From a virus (lineage: Duplodnaviria; Caudoviricetes): a stretch of DNA of 60,147 bases. The notes below the pieces were generated by a model. That model saw only the letters and a list, made by a program, of their open reading frames with translations, was not told the origin of the DNA and made no database searches. Positions 1 through 8,122 of the stretch are shown here, piece after piece. The stretch lies in the IMG/VR virus record IMGVR_UViG_3300043485_000022, positions 1 to 60,147 of that record; one strand, given 5' to 3'. How positions within the stretch are numbered: position 1 is the stretch's first letter; each line of letters opens with the position of its first letter. Both the position numbers and the translations under genes were made by a program.

Positions 1-6
1 GGGCGG

Positions 7-35
7 CCCCCCCCCCAGGTCTCACCCGACCTGCC
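7..35. repeat. Left arm of imperfect terminal inverted repeat (C10-A-GGTCTC...ACCTGCC)
   Basis: Complementary to GAGACC-G14-CAGGT at 60122-60146. Confidence 0.55.
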
Positions 36-134
36 TCTTTCCTTTCCACCCCTGTGGTGCTAAGCTAGCAGAGCTAAGCTATTGACAATGCAAGACTTAT
101 CCACATATCAGCTCGCCTTGGAGACTCCCAACCC

Positions 135-872
135 ATGACCATCATCAGACTTTCCGACCGCTCCGATCGTCAATCCAAGTCCGGAATCGTTTCATCCAAG
201 ATCAAATCTACTAAAAGCAAGTCTGGTGGTGTGACTCCTATCTTCAAGGCTCTGTCAACAAACGACTTTGAGAAGATATCAATCCCGGACATGATGGACG
301 AACTAAGTCGCAACTCACATCTCTACTACATCGATAAGAAAGATCCACAAGCTGATTGGGTTTCAATTCGCAACCTACCCGACACAATCACCAACCTCAC
401 ATCTTCGCTGAAACCTAAACTTAACACAGAACGTCCACCTGGAGTTAGAACATGTCTTTGTTTGTTCTTGACACATGGACTTGAGATCTTGTCTGCAAAC
501 GAGTCTATTCAACTGATGATCCAGGTGAGAGACAAGTTATTCAACCACACTTTGCTTGGGACTGCTCAGGAGTCTTATGTCATGCAGGTTGTCAAGACCT
601 CTGTTCAGATGACAAAAGAAAGTGGACATCGTGTGAACGTGCCAGCTACAGAATGGGTTTCTAATACTGTTGCGAGGTTGAGCAAAGATCTCGGGATAGA
701 CGCAAACCTGATCGCTGTGATGGCGATGTATGCCTACTTGACAACCCAACATGACTACTGTCCGGATAGTTACGTTGATCTGTGGAGTGGATTGTTAGAT
801 GATTTTCTGTTGACAATCGAGATGAAATCAAAGGGGGTTGATATGATGATGAAGGTGATCTATGGATCATAG
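135..872 (+). CDS. Hypothetical protein (245 aa), basic N-terminus; possible DNA-binding or replication protein
   Basis: Long ORF with TTGACA at 82-87 upstream; close to the putative origin; no motif recognised. Confidence 0.6.
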   Translation: MTIIRLSDRSDRQSKSGIVSSKIKSTKSKSGGVTPIFKALSTNDFEKISIPDMMDELSRNSHLYYIDKKDPQADWVSIRNLPDTITNLTSSLKPKLNTERPPGVRTCLCLFLTHGLEILSANESIQLMIQVRDKLFNHTLLGTAQESYVMQVVKTSVQMTKESGHRVNVPATEWVSNTVARLSKDLGIDANLIAVMAMYAYLTTQHDYCPDSYVDLWSGLLDDFLLTIEMKSKGVDMMMKVIYGS

Positions 873-1206
873 AGGAGGTCACAGAACTGTAGATCATCGT
901 GGCGAGCTGATCTCTCATCGACACGAGGAATGGTCCACAGAAGAGAGATACACGTATCAACCTGAATCAGAAGAGGACAGCCGACATCGAGGCTTGCATG
1001 TTGCTGGTCTCCAGTGGTTTGAGATCAGTGGTCCAGGCGAGATCATCTTCTATGTGAGAGGTGAAGACGAGGCTAAGCGACACGCCGAACGACTCAACAC
1101 TGCTTTGGAGGTTGGGTTGATTCGAGGGATCAGAGCGATTGAACAAGAGATAGACAAGATCCGCGAGGGCAATAAGAAGGCTTACGGGGTTGGGGGTCCC
1201 AAATGA
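862..1206 (+). CDS. Hypothetical protein
   Basis: Overlaps the previous stop codon, consistent with translational coupling. Confidence 0.55.
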   Translation: MDHRGGHRTVDHRGELISHRHEEWSTEERYTYQPESEEDSRHRGLHVAGLQWFEISGPGEIIFYVRGEDEAKRHAERLNTALEVGLIRGIRAIEQEIDKIREGNKKAYGVGGPK

Positions 1207-1488
1207 CGAAACCGGACCCCCAGGCTAATCTATTCGCTATCGATCAGATTATCTGCATTGAATCTTGGGGGTCCGCGAATGTGAAAGTGGACCCCCGAGT
1301 CGACAATTCTCCAAAAATATTGGTCGGGGGTCCCGGGGGGCAGGGTGGACCCCCGGGACCCCCATACGCCTTTAAGCGTAAGTTAGACGAAAAGGGGGCG
1401 TATGGGGGTCCCGGGGGTCCTACCGGTTTATATATATATAAAGAGGGTGGATTTTCTTGGGGGTCCGCTTTTTGAGACTCGGACCCCC
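1192..1488. repeat. Palindromic iteron-like array, putative replication origin
   Basis: 11 copies of GGGGGTCC/GGACCCCC, a perfect 24-bp inverted repeat (1347-1370 vs 1397-1420) and a (TA)n tract at about 1428-1441. Confidence 0.7.
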
Positions 1489-1514
1489 ATGTCTAGCTGG
1501 GCTGCATAATTCAT

Positions 1515-1959
1515 GTGACTATTCTTAGACCTTTCCGCCTGGGGATCGTCGGACACGCTGCCGACAAGTTCACGAGCGAGACTGAAGATCGGGCTAAGCG
1601 GGAGATGAAGCGCGTCATCACAGACATCTATAACCCTGACGTTGTGGTGAGTGGCGGTTGTCATCTAGGCGGGATTGATGTCTGGGCAGTTGAGATTGCG
1701 GCTGGACTAGGGATTAGAACAGAGGTCTTATCTACCTGAGAATAGATCGTGGTCAAGCGGGTACAGAGAACGGAACTTGAAGATAGCGGCGAGATCAACG
1801 GTGGTGGTGTGCGTGGTTGTGGGTGATTATCCGCCATCGTATCGTGGACGAAGGTTTGACCGCTGCTATCATTGTCGAGACAGGAATCCGCCTCATCTCA
1901 AATCCGGCGGATGTTGGACGGCGTGGAGATGTAAGAGACACGAGTGGATTATCATCTGA
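1515..1959 (+). pseudogene. SLOG-superfamily (YspA/DUF2493-like) protein split by a 1-nt frameshift near 1728
   Basis: VVVSGGCHLGGIDVWA motif. Removing one T in GAGGTCTTATCTA joins the frame to YLPENRSWSSGYRERNLKIA, the expected continuation of this family. Confidence 0.6.
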
Positions 1960-2183
1960 TGTTTACGCCTGTCTTACGTCGTAACCTTCACCAGACCCCC
2001 TGAGCGCAAGACAATCGACTTGGGAGAGTTTGGACAGCACACGCTGACTGATCTTGGGCTAGATCAATCACCTAGTCGAATCGTGGTCGATGATGGTTAT
2101 GAGAGACATGTCGAGATGGTCTATGCTGGAGTGAGTTATGGTGTCGCTTACTACTCGATCGAGTCGAGGGGCAAGTTTGCTGG

Positions 2184-2213
2184 TTGACTATCCACCTACA
2201 AGCATAGTAGAAT
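2184..2213 (+). promoter_or_regulatory. sigma70-type promoter
   Basis: TTGACT-N18-TAGAAT. Confidence 0.6.
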
Positions 2214-2466
2214 CTTGAGACGAAAAGAGACAAGAAAGGACATATTCCCAATGAACGACGATCATCAGCACGCTCTAGACGAGATCTCGGGTGATATCGA
2301 TCGTGCGACTCATCCCGATAATATGAGTCAAGAAGAAGCTCTAGAGTTCTTGGAAGAGCTTCAATCAAACATCGAGGCTTCTATTGCTGGTCTCAAAGAT
2401 GACATGCAGAGCTAGTCATTACACCTCTCATTAAGACAAGACAAAGAAACAAAGAGGATTCACCTG

Positions 2467-5058
2467 ATGAACCAGCAAGACAGCGACAAGATCAAGTCCA
2501 TCATCACAGAGCTGCGGGATTTGGTTTCAGAGACAACCCGAGCTGTCATTCTCAAGTTGGATGATTGCCGGACTACAGTCGAGACCAAGCTCGCAAGCCT
2601 GTCAGAACTCAGCCAGCATGTAGACCCGCCTGCGCCCCCTATACAACCTCCTGTCACGCCTCCGGTTCAGCCCCCGAGTCAACCCCCGAGCACTCCGCCA
2701 ATCAGCCCGCCAACGTTAGAAGTCCTCACGCGACTCACAGCCGTCGAGTGCTCTAGTGTCAGTCGACAAGCAATGCTGATCTCAAGTGGAGTTCCGATTG
2801 CTCAGTCAGTAGGGCTGAAGGATGTTAGCAGGCTTGTGATCAACAGCGCTGACGGAGTGTTTGTTGAGTCGGATGTCAGACCAACCGCGTGGTGGTCTGA
2901 CGGAAGTATTCAATGGGTGCAGGTTGAGCTTCTGGACTCGATTGAAAGCGGAAAGCAGAAGAACTACAACCTCGTTCTCAGTAAGACCGCATCGGTTTCA
3001 ACCATCAATCCTCTGTCTTATATTATCAATAGCAGTCCAATCGGAAAGAACGCAGTTGTAGACACAGGCTCAGCGGTGTTCACGATTGGCGCCGAGGGTC
3101 TCATCCGCTCTATCAAGACTCGTGACGGTCTGACTCTGACAGGCTCAGCGACATCATTCGCGTTTGACGGGAAAACAGACACCTTCTCAGACACACAGGT
3201 CCGTCGAATGGAGTTCGAGTACATCGGACCGCTTGTCTGCTATCTCGTGGTAGAGACGATATCAAAGTCATTCACCACGGCTGCAACGGTTAAGGAGTTT
3301 GGACGGATCTCAACCACCCGCCGCTATCGGTTCGTCAAAGGCTCCTCTCTAGCAACTGTCACGTCTGTCATCAAGTGGGAAGGCAGCAAGAACGGGACAG
3401 AAGCGATGATGTCAGACGGGAAGACTGTTAATGGTGTGCTGGGAACAAGCTGGTTTGACACAATCAAGATTGATCCGTCTCTGCTCGATAATCCCTCACT
3501 CTTTCATCTGGACCAACCGCTGAGATCTAATCGAAAGCAGTCAAGAGTCCTCAAGACAGAGGGCGCGTCCATATCTCTGCCTCTCAAAGACAAGAAGAAT
3601 ATGATCATTATGGGATTGAGACGAATGGACTTGTACGAGCCTCAATCTCTGTCACAATCACAAGGCGAGTTGAGGATCTATCACGCGTCAGATAAGTTTT
3701 GGCTTGCGCACCATCAAGGTGCATCGACAACCTGTCTTATAGGCGTTTGTGGTGTCAATCAATCTGATGCTAATCTGCTTGCTGATCTCAACCACCCAGT
3801 GAGACTGTTTGCTGATCCAAGTTATTATCAGGTTGCTGGCAAGTCTGTCCCCTTCTCTAGCAACTCTCTGGGCTCTCAGTACGTTGCTGCTTTGACTCAG
3901 ATCTGCAACAAGACTCTTTCGCTAATCGCCCGTGATGGTCTCTACGGGCTACAAACCTACGCTTGGTGGCCGCGCTACTGGGATGACAACGAGATTGAGA
4001 TGAGTGACAAAGAAGCTAACTGGGACACGCTCTACAAGACAGGCGCTTTCACTGACTATTACAGCACGAGCAGATCAGCCGCCACTCTCTCGCTGATGAC
4101 GCAGAACTCTCTCTGGCTGGACAATCTCGCTCACCCCTCAGCTCTGCGGATGTTGTGGACGCAGATCATGCACACGAGTCCTGAGGACAATTGGGTGTAT
4201 GGCAACTGGGCGTCAGCGGGCTATGGTTGTGGCAGATCAGATTTCAACTCCTCACACTCGTACTACGAGAACCTGTTCTGGTACTACCTGCTGACAGGTA
4301 ACAGGTTGGTGGTTGACATTCTCGCTCGGGGTGAAGAGCGAATGATCAACGAGGTCAAGTCGCAGCCACTTGCAGGACGGTTCCCGCATCAACGATTGCG
4401 CGCCTGGAGGTTCCTGTCGCAAGTTCATGGAGATCCTGTCAAGCGGAAGCTGTTCCGCGACGCTTGGATATCAAGCATGCAACGCGCGATCAACGAATGC
4501 TATGTCGAGGGAACATACAACGGAGAGCCTGCTGCATTCTGGACTGACGGTGTGAAGAAGGCAGGTACCATCGCCACTCCAAACCTCTACGCACTATCTA
4601 TCTGGGATCTCGAAAGCCTCTGGGAGTACGGCAAAGAAATTCCCTTTGTTTCAGGACCAACTAATTCGCAATCTCATCCGTGGAATATTCTGATCAAGGT
4701 TGTGTCAACCATTCAACGTTACGGATCGTTTATCGTTGGTGGTGACTCCACTCTCGCCAAATCCTCCAAGTGGGCACGTGCCTTCTCATTTACCTGGGAC
4801 GATGCCAACAAGATTATCAACCTCAAAGTCCAGCCCGATAGCGAGAACGTCTCAACCATGTACCCTGGTGACTTGCCTGGAATGTGCGCGAGTTGGGCAC
4901 GTGCGGCTGTGATCAGCGGAGATCCTGCGATGAAGCAGAAGGCACAGGAGTTGATCACCTACACACTCAGCTTGATCAAGGAAGGGGGCCAGCCCATGAA
5001 CAAGTTGTCTGGACTGGCCGATAGTACACTGGCGGATGCGATTACGTCTTTGATCTAG
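2467..5058 (+). CDS. Large YetA/PcRGLX-like protein (RIFT barrel plus alpha/alpha toroid), putative polysaccharide lyase or depolymerase
   Basis: SGVP..G.....L......WWSDGSIQWV N-terminal pattern, Trp/Tyr-rich helical C-terminal half, N-terminal coiled coil and Pro-rich linker. Confidence 0.55.
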   Translation: MNQQDSDKIKSIITELRDLVSETTRAVILKLDDCRTTVETKLASLSELSQHVDPPAPPIQPPVTPPVQPPSQPPSTPPISPPTLEVLTRLTAVECSSVSRQAMLISSGVPIAQSVGLKDVSRLVINSADGVFVESDVRPTAWWSDGSIQWVQVELLDSIESGKQKNYNLVLSKTASVSTINPLSYIINSSPIGKNAVVDTGSAVFTIGAEGLIRSIKTRDGLTLTGSATSFAFDGKTDTFSDTQVRRMEFEYIGPLVCYLVVETISKSFTTAATVKEFGRISTTRRYRFVKGSSLATVTSVIKWEGSKNGTEAMMSDGKTVNGVLGTSWFDTIKIDPSLLDNPSLFHLDQPLRSNRKQSRVLKTEGASISLPLKDKKNMIIMGLRRMDLYEPQSLSQSQGELRIYHASDKFWLAHHQGASTTCLIGVCGVNQSDANLLADLNHPVRLFADPSYYQVAGKSVPFSSNSLGSQYVAALTQICNKTLSLIARDGLYGLQTYAWWPRYWDDNEIEMSDKEANWDTLYKTGAFTDYYSTSRSAATLSLMTQNSLWLDNLAHPSALRMLWTQIMHTSPEDNWVYGNWASAGYGCGRSDFNSSHSYYENLFWYYLLTGNRLVVDILARGEERMINEVKSQPLAGRFPHQRLRAWRFLSQVHGDPVKRKLFRDAWISSMQRAINECYVEGTYNGEPAAFWTDGVKKAGTIATPNLYALSIWDLESLWEYGKEIPFVSGPTNSQSHPWNILIKVVSTIQRYGSFIVGGDSTLAKSSKWARAFSFTWDDANKIINLKVQPDSENVSTMYPGDLPGMCASWARAAVISGDPAMKQKAQELITYTLSLIKEGGQPMNKLSGLADSTLADAITSLI

Positions 5059-5267
5059 TTATAGTAGGGACCGCAGCATCCCGGTCCACCTGTTGCACAC
5101 GAGCCATAAGCGGTATTGGAAAACCCAGTGCCGCAGGTCTCTGTGGGGTAACAAGCTTGTGCATAGCATGTATCGGTTGTGCCCAAAGGTGGATCGGGCT
5201 TACCTCCATTCAGGTAACGAAGTGTTTCACGATTGAGAGAAAGACGTCTGATCTGCGTTTTCTTCAC
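5055..5267 (-). CDS. RiPP (lanthipeptide-like) precursor peptide 1
   Basis: Leader MKKTQIRRLSLNRETLRYLNGG; core has 6 Cys and 10 Ser/Thr; AGGAGG SD before GTG; own promoter. Confidence 0.75.
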   Translation of the reverse strand: MKKTQIRRLSLNRETLRYLNGGKPDPPLGTTDTCYAQACYPTETCGTGFSNTAYGSCATGGPGCCGPYYN

Positions 5268-5291
5268 TAAGTCCTCCTTTTTGATGTTCAG

Positions 5292-5321
5292 ATTCTACAA
5301 CGTACGGACCGGACGCGTCAA
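5292..5321 (-). promoter_or_regulatory. sigma70 promoter for precursor 1, operator in spacer
   Basis: Minus strand TTGACG-N18-TAGAAT; spacer holds GTACGGACCGGAC (5302-5314 on +). Confidence 0.75.
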
Positions 5322-5407
5322 GTGGTTCTGTGAAGATCGCAGAAGTTTTACAACTCGTCACCTAGAGAAGACAAGATGTAAAATGTTTGCTGCAAGACAG
5401 ATTTGTG

Positions 5408-5436
5408 TTGACACGACGTACGGACCGTACTATAGT
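5408..5436 (+). promoter_or_regulatory. Near-consensus sigma70 promoter with palindromic operator, probably leaderless
   Basis: TTGACA-N17-TATAGT; spacer holds GTACGGACCGTAC; ATG at 5444 lies 7 nt after the -10. Confidence 0.85.
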
Positions 5437-5443
5437 CCTCTAC

Positions 5444-5719
5444 ATGGTTACCAACAAGCACTTCGCCACCTGCACTGACGGCAGCATCATCTCTTTGAAG
5501 AACGTCTACACGCGCGAACTAGGGCGTACTGCTGAGGGCAAGATCATTGCCGGTGTAGGTGGCGACTGTGGTACCTGCGGCGGTGTTCACAAGGTCGAGC
5601 GCACGATTCAACGCAAGGCCAATCCTTCCAACCATAAGTGCTCTGACCGCTGCCGTTCCGCCAAGGGACATCAGTGCGAGTGTGAGTGCGGCGGCAAGTA
5701 TCATGGACACAACGCGTGA
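5444..5719 (+). CDS. Small Cys/His-rich Zn-binding early protein
   Basis: CGTC and CSDRC...CECECGGKYHG; directly behind the promoter. Confidence 0.7.
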   Translation: MVTNKHFATCTDGSIISLKNVYTRELGRTAEGKIIAGVGGDCGTCGGVHKVERTIQRKANPSNHKCSDRCRSAKGHQCECECGGKYHGHNA

Positions 5720-5940
5720 TGAACAAAGTAAACCGTTATCGGCTAACACACCGTGAGACCGGTCAGTATCTAGCCACCAAGAGCGCGAATAGTGTTGAAG
5801 AAGCAATTAGTTCTTTGCTTCAAGAGCGAGGATACGACTACTATAATTCGTCCGTAATTGATGCAGAGCTGTTAGGCCCAATAGACACGACCGATTGGAA
5901 GGGTAAGCGTAAGATAGTTGTAAAATCTTGAGACGGTGTG

Positions 5941-5969
5941 TTGACGTACGGACCGGACAGGAGTAGAGT
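5941..5969 (+). promoter_or_regulatory. sigma70 promoter with operator
   Basis: TTGACG-N17-TAGAGT; GTACGGACCGGAC at 5946-5958. Confidence 0.8.
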
Positions 5970-6005
5970 ACGGACAATGGACACCACGAGACAAGGAGAG
6001 TAGAG

Positions 6006-6245
6006 ATGACCATCACTAACGTTCTGAGCATGAGCCGCGAGGAAGCCAGCCAAGCGATGAATCCGGCAATTGGTCGTCTGTTTCGCATGATGTCACGACC
6101 GACTGAGGAAGGCGACATCGCTTGCTACTATGAGTGTGAACGTATCTGCAAGGAAGCTGCTGAGGTTCTTGGGATGGAGACAGGTGGTACTGATCTAGGT
6201 TCGTGTCGTCCTGGCTGGAATTTTGGCAACATGTGTATTGAGTAG
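6006..6245 (+). CDS. Hypothetical early protein
   Basis: AGGAG SD, downstream of promoter. Confidence 0.65.
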   Translation: MTITNVLSMSREEASQAMNPAIGRLFRMMSRPTEEGDIACYYECERICKEAAEVLGMETGGTDLGSCRPGWNFGNMCIE

Positions 6246-6256
6246 GAGGACTGCAA

Positions 6257-6595
6257 ATGACTACAACTGTTTGCATCTGTGAGTCCGAGCACTTCTGCGA
6301 TGCGTGTCTGCGAGACAGAGAAGCTCAAACCGCCACCGAACCGACTATTCAGTGGCAGATCCAAGCTCGTCTTGAGGCTTGTGGTCTGCCTTACAAAGAG
6401 GTCAAGGTCTACGGCTCCCAGATCATGATCACGACATGGTCTGACAAAGCAGCTCGCAAGTGGTACTCATTACTGTTCAAGCTCTGCACGACTGTGCGAC
6501 CGCCCGGTGAGTCCAGAGATTATAACAAGGTCAATGAAGGTACTAACCTACTACCGACACGACACAAGGTGTGGAGAGTCTGGGGGACCATCTAA
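6257..6595 (+). CDS. Hypothetical early protein
   Basis: GGAGG SD; operon packing. Confidence 0.65.
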   Translation: MTTTVCICESEHFCDACLRDREAQTATEPTIQWQIQARLEACGLPYKEVKVYGSQIMITTWSDKAARKWYSLLFKLCTTVRPPGESRDYNKVNEGTNLLPTRHKVWRVWGTI

Positions 6596-6874
6596 TGATC
6601 ACGCCATCGGCATCAGCTATTGGTCTTCAACGAGGTCGCGAACTGCGAGACTTCCAGAATCGGCGAGACTTCCAGAATCGGAGACAAGCAAGTAAAGACG
6701 CTACGATCTCCGCCCTGGCGCAGGAGGTCGAGCGGCTGGCGAACGAGGTTTCCGACGCTGGTTTTTGGATTCAACGACGTGTTGGTGGTCCTGAGTCCGA
6801 CACTAAGGTATGGAAGCTCCATGCCTCAGCAACGCGAGGGAGAGATCTCCTTGCAAGTCTTGCGGGTGGCTCGC

Positions 6875-7084
6875 GTGCCTGAGCCCTACACCCGCGTTGA
6901 ACTCAAGATCCCTGACAGCACAGGACTGGCTCACCAGATCGACCAAGCTTGTCAAGCGAGGAAGATACCGGTATCACGATCGGAGTGGTTGCGAGAGGCT
7001 GCGAGGGAGAAGCTAAGCAGGGATGGTGAGCAAGCGGGAGTTCAATCAATGGACTTACTAAACATATTATCTGAAATGGAGTGA
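6875..7084 (+). CDS. Ribbon-helix-helix (CopG/Arc-like) DNA-binding protein
   Basis: TRVELKIP strand, then ID..C...VSRSEWLREAAREKL; GTG start overlaps the previous stop. Confidence 0.7.
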   Translation: MPEPYTRVELKIPDSTGLAHQIDQACQARKIPVSRSEWLREAAREKLSRDGEQAGVQSMDLLNILSEME

Positions 7085-7407
7085 ATCAAATGACTAATGA
7101 CAGTTGGGAAGGCGAGAAGTGGTATCACTACTTTGAAACTGATGAGGAGACCAAGGTAGTGGATTTGTTGGCTTGGCTGTTGGATCGTGACAATGATCTG
7201 ATAGAACTAGAGACGTTCCACTTAACAGAAGGGGAAGCAACTGTGCTCGCCAATCTCGAAGCCGGATACATGTATATTCACTGGTTTGGCGAACTGACTG
7301 ACTTTGAGGGTCTAGCCAATGCGACGAGTGAAGATCTCTATAAGGGCGGAATTAGGAAGTATGGGGTTGAGGTGTTTGGCTACGATGATGAGGATCAAGA
7401 ACAATGA
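7081..7407 (+). CDS. Acidic hypothetical protein
   Basis: Coupled ORF, rich in Asp/Glu. Confidence 0.6.
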   Translation: MNQMTNDSWEGEKWYHYFETDEETKVVDLLAWLLDRDNDLIELETFHLTEGEATVLANLEAGYMYIHWFGELTDFEGLANATSEDLYKGGIRKYGVEVFGYDDEDQEQ

Positions 7408-7649
7408 GCGTCGTACATATCGTGGCTTTAATCGAGTGTGACAAGTGTGGATACAGGTTTCAAGTCGCAATGGAAGAAGCTCGTAAGGTACCAAAAGATT
7501 GGACCCTATTTGATTGTGCAGAGGATGCTGTCAGAGGTGGTATTGATGTCGTGGATGGTATCGGGTCCACTTCGGTCCAAGACAATCAAATGCTTTGTAC
7601 GGATTGCACAAAGAAGGCAGATCGGCAGGCAGTCGGGGAGGACAAGTGA
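7404..7649 (+). CDS. Small Zn-finger protein
   Basis: CDKC...CTDC; ATGA overlap. Confidence 0.6.
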   Translation: MSVVHIVALIECDKCGYRFQVAMEEARKVPKDWTLFDCAEDAVRGGIDVVDGIGSTSVQDNQMLCTDCTKKADRQAVGEDK

Positions 7650-7748
7650 CATACGATCTTGTGAGTCGAATGATGAGGATTAGTGAGCGGCTCGGGTTGT
7701 ATGATAGAGAGAAGTTGAATATGAAAGCTCTAGTAAGGTGAACAGGAT

Positions 7749-8105
7749 ATGAAATGGCAAGACGGAAACGGAAATTGGAGGGAATATCCAGCATCAGAAG
7801 CCTCACAAGACAGGTCTCGTCCAGCAATAACTGGCAATGGGGCAAGACAAGCTGTGTGCAAGTGCGGTCAGCCGTGTCTACTCGGGTCCAGCAAGTGCCA
7901 CGACTGTCAGCACGAAGCAATGTTCAAGCCTCCACCTGATGTTCTGGAGAAAGGGGAGAAGTTTCGGCGGATCTGCTCGTCGTGTCGAGGACGAGGGTAC
8001 TTTACAGGACTAGCAAGCGATGTGGTCAGCACTAAATCCCCTCTTGTTGGTCGAGTGGACTGTGTCCGTTGCAATGGGAGCGGCTATGTCCTGACGATCG
8101 GATAG
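7749..8105 (+). CDS. Zn-finger protein with DnaJ-type CxxCxGxG repeats
   Basis: CSSCRGRG and CVRCNGSG. Confidence 0.6.
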   Translation: MKWQDGNGNWREYPASEASQDRSRPAITGNGARQAVCKCGQPCLLGSSKCHDCQHEAMFKPPPDVLEKGEKFRRICSSCRGRGYFTGLASDVVSTKSPLVGRVDCVRCNGSGYVLTIG

Positions 8106-8122
8106 ACTATAATCCAGCGTCT

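Noticed and set aside
1203-1475. 90-aa ORF with GGPGG repeats
   Set aside because: The repeats are a by-product of the GGGGGTCC array, which occurs in both orientations; probably non-coding.
6645-6681. 18-bp tandem duplication (RDFQNR twice)
   Set aside because: Only two in-frame units inside a small ORF; simple slippage, no spacers.
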